Shown: positions 58,169 to 64,000 of the stretch, one piece after another
Position numbering within the stretch: the first letter of the stretch is position 1
How the letters are laid out: each line of letters opens with the position of its first letter
Assembly: GCA_949106495.1 (NCBI GenBank)
Contig: CARYZD010000010.1
Location: 4,790 to 68,789, forward strand
DNA length: 64,000 nucleotides
DNA from: an uncultured Clostridia bacterium
GTDB lineage: Bacteria > Bacillota > Clostridia > TANB77 > CAG-465
Direction of reading: 5' to 3'
Program-made: the position numbers and the translations under genes
The notes under the pieces: generated by a model
The model's database searches: none
The model's input: the letters and a program-made list of their open reading frames with translations, nothing else
Told to the model about the DNA's origin: nothing

Positions 58169-58802
58169 ATGAATTTTTTATTTATATGGATTCGGAACAA
58201 TTATTGTTAGTTTTATTATGTTTATAGTAATATCTCTAAGAATGCTTAAAGACATGGCTGATGCAGGATATAAATTATATTTAAAACGTGAAACAAATAC
58301 TTCAAATAATACATTAATTTACTTTTTTATTCCATTACTTAATATTATTTACATGCTAAAAGTTTCAATTGAATATGCTTATAATAGCAGCTTTATGTTA
58401 GATGAACTTAATGTATTAGGATATTTAGAAGAAATGACAGAAGATGAAAAGAAAGAATATAATAAAAATCCTACTAGTATTAATGCCATACTTATACCTT
58501 TGAAATCCTATGAAGAAATAAGACCAGTTCATTCACTAACTTTTAAAAATAAAAACGTTAGTAATGAAATATTGTTTAATATGAGTGACGATGGAGAAGA
58601 AATTAGAATTATACATGCTAATGGTTTTATTGCAAAACTTAGTGTTGATGAACAAAAACAATTAATTCAAAAAACAATTGCAAAAATAATATCAAAAGAC
58701 TTTAGCAAATTCTTAAAAACAGGAAAATTTAAAGAAAAGACCTGCTATAAATTAAAAATTGCTGGATATGAAGTAACTTATAAAATTAAATTAAAAAAAT
58801 GA
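58169..58802 (+). pseudogene. Hypothetical membrane-anchored protein with apparent frameshift in a T6 run at its 5' end
   Basis: ATG at 58169 has RBS AAGGAGGA but stops after 13 codons. The tracked ORF frame is open from 58173 and encodes a TM helix (..YLYGFGTIIVSFIMFIVIS) upstream of its first ATG at 58218. Removing one T from the run at 58174-58179 fuses the two. Confidence 0.5.
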
Positions 58803-58821
58803 TAGTCATAAATTGACTATC
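58801..58821. terminator. Bidirectional hairpin terminator
   Basis: GATAGTCA pairs with TGACTATC, followed by ATTTTTATTTT. Confidence 0.6.
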
Positions 58822-58837
58822 ATTTTTATTTTAATTA

Positions 58838-59179
58838 TTATTCTTCGTCTTCTTCAATTCCTTGTTGTTTTAAGAATCTTGAATAAACATCTTTTAGTAA
58901 ATCTTCATCAGTAAGTGTATCATATACTTGTTCTCCATCTTCTTCTTTTATTTCAAGAATAACAACTTCAACTTCTTCTTCATAATCTTCTTTTAATTCT
59001 GATACAATTAAGAAAGATCTTCCATCTTCTAGTACAACAACATCAAGTTTTTCAAAAGTAACTTCTTTACCATTCTCATCTGTTAATACTAAAACTGGTA
59101 GTGATTCTTCATCTGCTGAACCACATCCGCCACAAGAACCACAAGATCCTGAGCATCCTACTAATTCTTCATTATCCAT
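58838..59179 (-). CDS. DUF1292 (YrzB-like) protein with N-terminal Cys/Gly cluster
   Basis: Acidic protein with LTDENGKEVTFEKLDVV...GRSFLIV, typical of DUF1292. It occupies the conserved position after ruvX. Confidence 0.75.
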   Translation of the reverse strand: MDNEELVGCSGSCGSCGGCGSADEESLPVLVLTDENGKEVTFEKLDVVVLEDGRSFLIVSELKEDYEEEVEVVILEIKEEDGEQVYDTLTDEDLLKDVYSRFLKQQGIEEDEE

Positions 59180-59221
59180 TTTTATTTCCTCCTTATTAGT
59201 TGTTTGCTATATATTTAAATG

Positions 59222-59638
59222 CTATTTTGAAAGCATATTTAAATATCCTTCTAATATATATGTTGCAGCAAATCTATCTGCAACTCTGTTTTTTTCTTTT
59301 TGAGATATATTCATCTCACGCATAGTCCTATATGCTGAAACTGTTGTAAGTCTCTCATCCCATTTATGCACAATAAGTCCTAATTCCTCTAGTCTTGGTA
59401 TAAGAGAGTCAACCTTTTCAGTTTTTTGAGACTTAGTTCCATCCATATTTTTAGGATATCCTATAACAACCTCTTCAAAGTCATATTCTTCTTTTAATTT
59501 TCTAATTCCAGCAATAAACTTTTTATCACTGCCATTAATTACAAGAGTTTCAAGCCCTTGAGCTGTTATACCTAATGGATCTGAAATAGCAAGACCTACT
59601 CTTACATCTCCATAATCTATTCCTAATATTCTTTTCAT
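59222..59638 (-). CDS. ruvX: Putative pre-16S rRNA nuclease / Holliday junction resolvase-like protein RuvX (YqgF)
   Basis: ILGIDYGDVRVGLAISD and WDERLTTV motifs. Confidence 0.9.
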   Translation of the reverse strand: MKRILGIDYGDVRVGLAISDPLGITAQGLETLVINGSDKKFIAGIRKLKEEYDFEEVVIGYPKNMDGTKSQKTEKVDSLIPRLEELGLIVHKWDERLTTVSAYRTMREMNISQKEKNRVADRFAATYILEGYLNMLSK

Positions 59639-59646
59639 TATTCACC

Positions 59647-59901
59647 TTATAAATCTAAGTACTTTCTAATCATTTCTTGAAGTAAATCATCTCTTTCAAT
59701 TTTGCAAATTAATGCTCTTGCATTATTATGAGATGTTATATAAGTTGGGTCTCCAGATAATATATATCCAATAATTTGACTTGTTGGTTCATATCCTTTG
59801 TCCTTTAGAGCTGCCACAACTTGCTCCATAATCTCCTTTACTCTTTTAGATTCATCTTTTTGTGGTTTAAAAACTGTAGTATTTTGATCCATATCTATCA
59901 C
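59647..59901 (-). CDS. ireB: IreB family regulatory phosphoprotein (UPF0297/DUF965)
   Basis: GYEPTSQIIGYILSGDPTYITSHNNAR motif, and the conserved ireB-ruvX-DUF1292 gene order. Confidence 0.85.
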   Translation of the reverse strand: MIDMDQNTTVFKPQKDESKRVKEIMEQVVAALKDKGYEPTSQIIGYILSGDPTYITSHNNARALICKIERDDLLQEMIRKYLDL

Positions 59902-59931
59902 ACTCCTTTAAAATATAATCAAAAATGAGTT

Positions 59932-61686
59932 CTATTTTCTTCTAAATAATCCAAATCCACCTTTATTTTTACCAGTAGATTCCTCAGTGTAATGCTTTTC
60001 TTCTACACTAATAGCTCCTTTAGTTGGATAAATTGTATTAATAATTTGATTTAAATTATCTTGGAAATTCTTTGTAAAACTTGAAAATTTATTTGAATAT
60101 TTATATACCATATCAATATATTTTTTATAGTTTTCTACATCAAATGGTAGTATAAAATATTGAATCTTTTTAGGATTAAATAATTCATCAAACATTTTCA
60201 AGTCATAACTAGTATATGTAGCAATACCATCAATAATGTCTTTTGACGATAAACTGCAATCAACATACTTATTTATGACAATTTTTACTTTTTCCATACC
60301 AATTCCACGTTGTTTTAATTCTCTTAAAAACATAGTTATTTGGTTTATATTAAGTATATTCATATCTTGCACAATATATATGTCTTGAGCAAGTCTAAAA
60401 TAATCTAAAGGTGTACTAAAATCTGCGTCAATTAGTACAACATTATTATTTTTAACAATTGTATCTACTAATACACTTGGATTATATGACTTTCTGTCTT
60501 CTCCTGGAACAGCTGTATATATGCTTAACTTATCATAAATAAGTGGTTCATTTTTACCGCTTGAAGCATATCTTAAACTATCCCCTGCAATATTTCTTTT
60601 TCCAGTATTATCATAAGTATAAATAGTATATAAGTCTCTTTTTCTTGTCATATCTACCATAGCAGTTTTTACTTTTTGTTTAGCAAGATATGTTCCAATT
60701 GCATTTATACAAAATGTTGTTCCAACTTTTGGTGCACCAACAAAACAAACTGTTTTTCTATAGTCCTTGGGAACATCATAAAATTGTTTTACAACTTCTT
60801 TTTCAACTACTTGAGTAATAACTTTTGGAGGTGCTTCTTTAACTACCTCTTTAACTACTTCCTTTACAATTTGTTTTTCTACAACTTTTTCTTTTGGAAC
60901 CTCTTTTATAACTATTTTTTCAGCAATTTCATTTCCGTTTTTAATCTCCACAGCATTAGTATTATTCTCATTAGTAACAATTTTTTGTTGCTGAACTGGA
61001 GCTTGAGGTAATTCCATATTAGTAAGGCTTAAGATATTTTTATAAGACTCACTATTTTCCTCCAAAAATTTAGTTATATCCTTTGGCAAACACTTTATTA
61101 TTATTGCCATTTGTTCAGTTGTATATTGTGGTACTATCCTATCAAATATTTCACAATATTTACTTGTATCACCATCTGTATTTTTAAAGAATGTAATTAT
61201 TCTTCTAAGTTCTATCTCGCTAACTTCTTCATATATATCCTTATTTTCGGGCGCATTTGTATAGTATTTTTTAGCTTCTTTTCTTGTATTAGGTGAGTTA
61301 ATTGCTGCACAAACTTTACCTTTTGTTCTATCTGAACCAGTAAGTGTTGTATATATTCCAATTGTAAACAGTTTTCCTAAGAAATTATCTCCTAATTTTC
61401 TTCTTTCTGATGCAATTAGAATTAAATTTTTAGCTTCAAAATTATTTATTATTCCTTCTAAATATTCAAATAATAATTTATCTGCTTCAGCATAACTCTT
61501 TGTTGGCATTTTTTCTAATTCTTCACTAAGTACTGCTCTATCATAATCTCCATTAACAATTTTGCTTCTAAAGTCTCTTTGATATAAAGCAGTATCATAT
61601 TCTATTTTCTCTTTGTATTTTTCTTCATAGTATCTAACAATGCCTTTAACAGTCTCTTCGTTACTTATTCCAAAAAGTACCTTCAT
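59932..61686 (-). CDS. Receiver-like N-terminal domain plus repetitive linker plus degenerate ParA/MinD-like P-loop domain (CpaE/TadZ-like architecture)
   Basis: The N-terminal 130 aa or so follows an alternating beta/alpha pattern (MKVLFGIS..., LILIAS, IGIYTTL). The linker is IVIKEVPKEKVVEKQIVKEVVKEVVKEAPPKVITQVVEKEVVKQ. The C-terminal domain has VCFVGAPKVGTTF (a deviant Walker A lacking GK[ST]), VVLIDADFS (Walker B-like) and KIVINKY. Confidence 0.5.
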   Translation of the reverse strand: MKVLFGISNEETVKGIVRYYEEKYKEKIEYDTALYQRDFRSKIVNGDYDRAVLSEELEKMPTKSYAEADKLLFEYLEGIINNFEAKNLILIASERRKLGDNFLGKLFTIGIYTTLTGSDRTKGKVCAAINSPNTRKEAKKYYTNAPENKDIYEEVSEIELRRIITFFKNTDGDTSKYCEIFDRIVPQYTTEQMAIIIKCLPKDITKFLEENSESYKNILSLTNMELPQAPVQQQKIVTNENNTNAVEIKNGNEIAEKIVIKEVPKEKVVEKQIVKEVVKEVVKEAPPKVITQVVEKEVVKQFYDVPKDYRKTVCFVGAPKVGTTFCINAIGTYLAKQKVKTAMVDMTRKRDLYTIYTYDNTGKRNIAGDSLRYASSGKNEPLIYDKLSIYTAVPGEDRKSYNPSVLVDTIVKNNNVVLIDADFSTPLDYFRLAQDIYIVQDMNILNINQITMFLRELKQRGIGMEKVKIVINKYVDCSLSSKDIIDGIATYTSYDLKMFDELFNPKKIQYFILPFDVENYKKYIDMVYKYSNKFSSFTKNFQDNLNQIINTIYPTKGAISVEEKHYTEESTGKNKGGFGLFRRK

Positions 61687-61758
61687 ATTCTCTATCCCTT
61701 CTAATCAATTTAATTTTAGGTTTTATATTAATTATAATATACTATAAATTTGTCCAAT

Positions 61759-62079
61759 TTAAACTATAAAAAATGCATATACTAATGGTAAACATTGAAT
61801 TACTACCATAAATATTGAGATTCCAACAACCATTTGTTGTCCTGCAATTTTATCTGCTATTACTTCTGATCCTTTTACATAGTATCTATATAAAGCATAA
61901 ATCATAAATAAAGTAACAAAAGGCCATGAATATTTTTGTATCATAACTAATATATTCAAAGCTCCATCTAAAACAACATCATTTGTAATTGTATTTGATG
62001 CAGCAAAAACTAATTCATTAACAAATGCCATAAGCATCGCAACAAGTATTGATGAAGTTATAACTTTTTTATATGCCAT
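61759..62079 (-). CDS. Small secreted/membrane protein: signal peptide plus two TM helices
   Basis: I prefer the ATG at 62079 (RBS GGGGGAA 5 nt upstream) over the tracked start at 62118. The signal peptide is MAYKKVITSSILVAMLMAFVNELVFA/AS. Two hydrophobic helices follow, separated by KGSEVIADKIAGQQ. Confidence 0.6.
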   Translation of the reverse strand: MAYKKVITSSILVAMLMAFVNELVFAASNTITNDVVLDGALNILVMIQKYSWPFVTLFMIYALYRYYVKGSEVIADKIAGQQMVVGISIFMVVIQCLPLVYAFFIV

Positions 62080-62200
62080 AATGATTCCCCCATTATCTAA
62101 ATAATTAAATTTATACATATATAATTATATTATAAATAAATTCAAATATCAAGTAATAGTTTTCAAAAAGTCTAAAAAAGCGTCAGTTTTACATAAAAAA

Positions 62201-62229
62201 TTCTAAAGTAAGACTAATTTACTTTAGAA
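62201..62229 (-). terminator. Hairpin terminator after the TauE-half / micro-ORF operon
   Basis: A perfect 11-bp inverted repeat, TTCTAAAGTAA pairing with TTACTTTAGAA, with a T6 run on the minus strand. Confidence 0.7.
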
Positions 62230-62237
62230 TTTAACCA

Positions 62238-62375
62238 TTAGAAACTTATTTTTCTCTTCATTTTTCTAAATTCTTTTCTTCCTGTTTTCATCAACCCACA
62301 GATTGTCTCATTGCCCATATATCCTATACAAGTACCAGCAATTATCCCAATTAAAGTACCCTTTACAAATTCCAT
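62238..62375 (-). CDS. 45-aa single-TM micro-protein
   Basis: Absent from the ORF track. Its ATG lies 1 nt after the upstream TGA, and RBS AGGAGAG sits inside the upstream gene's end. My translation is MEFVKGTLIGIIAGTCIGYMGNETICGLMKTGRKEFRKMKRKISF. Confidence 0.55.
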   Translation of the reverse strand: MEFVKGTLIGIIAGTCIGYMGNETICGLMKTGRKEFRKMKRKISF

Positions 62376-62376
62376 A

Positions 62377-62766
62377 TCAACTCTCTCCTTTCATAGTATT
62401 ATTTTTATCCATTTTTATATTTTTTAAACTGACAATTATTTCATATAGACCTATAAATAGTAAGAAAAAATAAAATAAAATCTTAGTAATTTTTTCAGAT
62501 ATATATGTACTTGAAAACGACCCAATAATTGCTCCAATTACCAAAAATAATATACTCTTTAAATATTTTTTCTTTTCTTTTTTTATATTTTTAAAATTTT
62601 TTACACTTACTATAATCCCAACACTAATAAAAAGCAATAAATTATATGCTCTTGCTTCATTTAAATCTAACAATTTAAAAAGCATACTAAATAAAATAAA
62701 TATTGAACCTCCACCAATTCCAAGTCCAGATAAGAATGAAGAAGCACAAGCTATTATATATATCAT
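62377..62766 (-). CDS. TauE/SafE (TSUP) family transporter, C-terminal half-size subunit
   Basis: Four TM segments with the family's N-terminal Gly-rich motif SFLSGLGIGGGSIFI. I prefer the ATG at 62766, which forms an ATGA overlap with the upstream stop and follows GGAGGA. Confidence 0.7.
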   Translation of the reverse strand: MIYIIACASSFLSGLGIGGGSIFILFSMLFKLLDLNEARAYNLLLFISVGIIVSVKNFKNIKKEKKKYLKSILFLVIGAIIGSFSSTYISEKITKILFYFFLLFIGLYEIIVSLKNIKMDKNNTMKGES

Positions 62767-63110
62767 AAAATCCTCCATAAACTAATACTAGTAATTATTA
62801 CTAAAAAAATACCTGATATTAAATTTAAAATATTAGGATTTATTTTTTTCATTGTAATATTACCTAAAAAGCCAAATGTAATTGATATAATTATTAATAT
62901 AACGCTTATTTTTAAGTCTATATTACTCTTTATATAGTAAAATATAAATGTTGGAATTGATATTAGAGGCATTACAGTAAGAGAAAATTCGCGACATTTT
63001 TGTGTATCTTTTTTCAAAATGTATACTAAATAAAATATTAAAAGTTGACCTGCACCACTAGAAAATAATCCGTTAACTAGTCCAATTATTATATAAATTA
63101 AAATATTCAT
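62763..63110 (-). CDS. TauE/SafE (TSUP) family transporter, N-terminal half-size subunit
   Basis: Four TM segments with LVNGLFSSGAGQLLIF. With the next ORF it makes about 245 aa, the size of a full-length TauE. Confidence 0.7.
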   Translation of the reverse strand: MNILIYIIIGLVNGLFSSGAGQLLIFYLVYILKKDTQKCREFSLTVMPLISIPTFIFYYIKSNIDLKISVILIIISITFGFLGNITMKKINPNILNLISGIFLVIITSISLWRIL

Positions 63111-63187
63111 AAAAATATTATTTGTTTTTTATATAAAATTATAAAAAAGCACTTAAATTATTTTTAAAATTTAAGTACTTTTATTTA

Positions 63188-64000
63188 TTATTCTTCTATA
63201 ACATACTCTTTATATTTATTATATTGAGCATCTGTACATTCTACTTTTAATATTGTGCCTCTTTCATCATAATCTGTCTCCATTACATTTGCATGTTCAT
63301 TTAAATATGCTACTATACTTCCTTCACTAAAAGGTATTAACATTTTGCATATTTTATAATTACTAAATATTTTATCTATAATCATATCAATTAGTTCATT
63401 CATTCCTCTTTTTTCTTTTATAGATAAATATATTTCATCTTCGTCAACTAAAGGAAGTTTATCTAACATAAACTCAGATTTATTATATACATAAATTATA
63501 GGTATATCCGATGCACCAATCTTTTCTAATGTTTCTTTAGTAACTTTAATATGTTCTGCAAAATCTGGGTCTGAATAATCTATCACTTCAAGTAATAAAT
63601 CTGCATTTTTTATTTCTTCAAGAGTAGACCTAAATGCTTTTACCAAGTCATGTGGTAATTCACTTATAAAACCAACAGTATCAGATAATAAAAATTTTCT
63701 ATTATCTTCTAATTCTATTTTTCTAACAGATGTCTCTAAAGTTGCAAATAACATATCTTCTTCAAAAACTCTTTTTTCCTTATCTTTTACAAATCTATCT
63801 ACCATATAATTCATTAAAGTAGATTTACCTGCATTAGTATACCCCACAAGTGATACAAGCGGGATATCTGATTCTTCTCTTTTTTTTCTTTGTGTCTCCC
63901 TATCTTTTGAAAGTTCTTCTAATTCTCTTCTTAAATCTGTAAGTTTATCTTCAATTCTCCTTCTATCAAGTTCAATTTTCTTTTCTCCAGAACCTTTGTT
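63188..64000 (-). CDS. hflX: GTPase HflX (C-terminal two thirds; 5' end beyond window)
   Basis: The tracked start is an internal GTG. The frame stays open upstream to 64000, reading ..GSGEKKIELDRRRIEDKL...DIPLVSLVGYTNAGKSTLMN. This is the HflX linker helix followed by the G1 motif. Confidence 0.9.
   Translation of the reverse strand, partial: NKGSGEKKIELDRRRIEDKLTDLRRELEELSKDRETQRKKREESDIPLVSLVGYTNAGKSTLMNYMVDRFVKDKEKRVFEEDMLFATLETSVRKIELEDNRKFLLSDTVGFISELPHDLVKAFRSTLEEIKNADLLLEVIDYSDPDFAEHIKVTKETLEKIGASDIPIIYVYNKSEFMLDKLPLVDEDEIYLSIKEKRGMNELIDMIIDKIFSNYKICKMLIPFSEGSIVAYLNEHANVMETDYDERGTILKVECTDAQYNKYKEYVIEE

Noticed and set aside
62763-62778. Overlap of the two TauE-half ORFs, considered as a frameshift in one gene
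   Set aside because: This is not fully excluded. However, the junction has a GGAGGA RBS followed by an ATGA stop/start overlap, and the second half begins with its own complete first-helix Gly motif. This favours a natural split, so it is reported as a finding with the indel alternative stated.

Overview
A very AT-rich chromosomal segment from an endospore-forming, Clostridia-like Firmicute. It is almost entirely minus-strand housekeeping and sporulation or germination genes. I found no rRNA, tRNA, CRISPR array, transposase or integrase by eye.

Recognisable content:
- Translation, replication and secretion: obg, trpS, rplU-rpmA, pth, secA, pcrA, frr-cdsA-rseP, topB, htrA, ireB-ruvX-DUF1292 and hflX.
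- Sporulation and germination: ytfJ, a complete spoIIIAA-AH operon, bofA and sleB-ypeB.
- Cell wall: an alr / alpha-beta hydrolase / murF / ddl operon.
- Other: a SWIM-SNF2 helicase, a GH18 hydrolase, a NodB deacetylase and an LPXTG adhesin.

Features not explained by ordinary core-genome content:
1. A lone VirD4/TraG-type coupling-protein-like membrane ATPase sits between pth and secA. An untracked 59-aa zinc-finger ORF follows it.
2. A single-gene island of about 0.7 kb (44.2-44.9 kb) has clearly higher G+C. It encodes a 174-aa protein I cannot assign.
3. A 584-aa receiver-like plus degenerate ParA/MinD-like protein lies next to a small two-TM secreted protein.
4. A MurF-type ligase has a polytopic membrane domain in place of its N-terminal domain.
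5. L27 has no N-terminal propeptide, and there is no prp gene between rplU and rpmA.
6. A TauE/TSUP transporter is encoded as two coupled half-genes plus a 45-aa micro-ORF.
7. At least five single-base frameshifts occur in otherwise intact genes (a beta-CASP nuclease twice, alr, a LysM gene, and the ORF at 58.2 kb). These are either assembly indels or gene decay.

All family assignments come from motifs I recognised by eye in the translations. No database search was run. I cannot say that any of these is a truly undescribed system. Items 1 to 4 are the best candidates.
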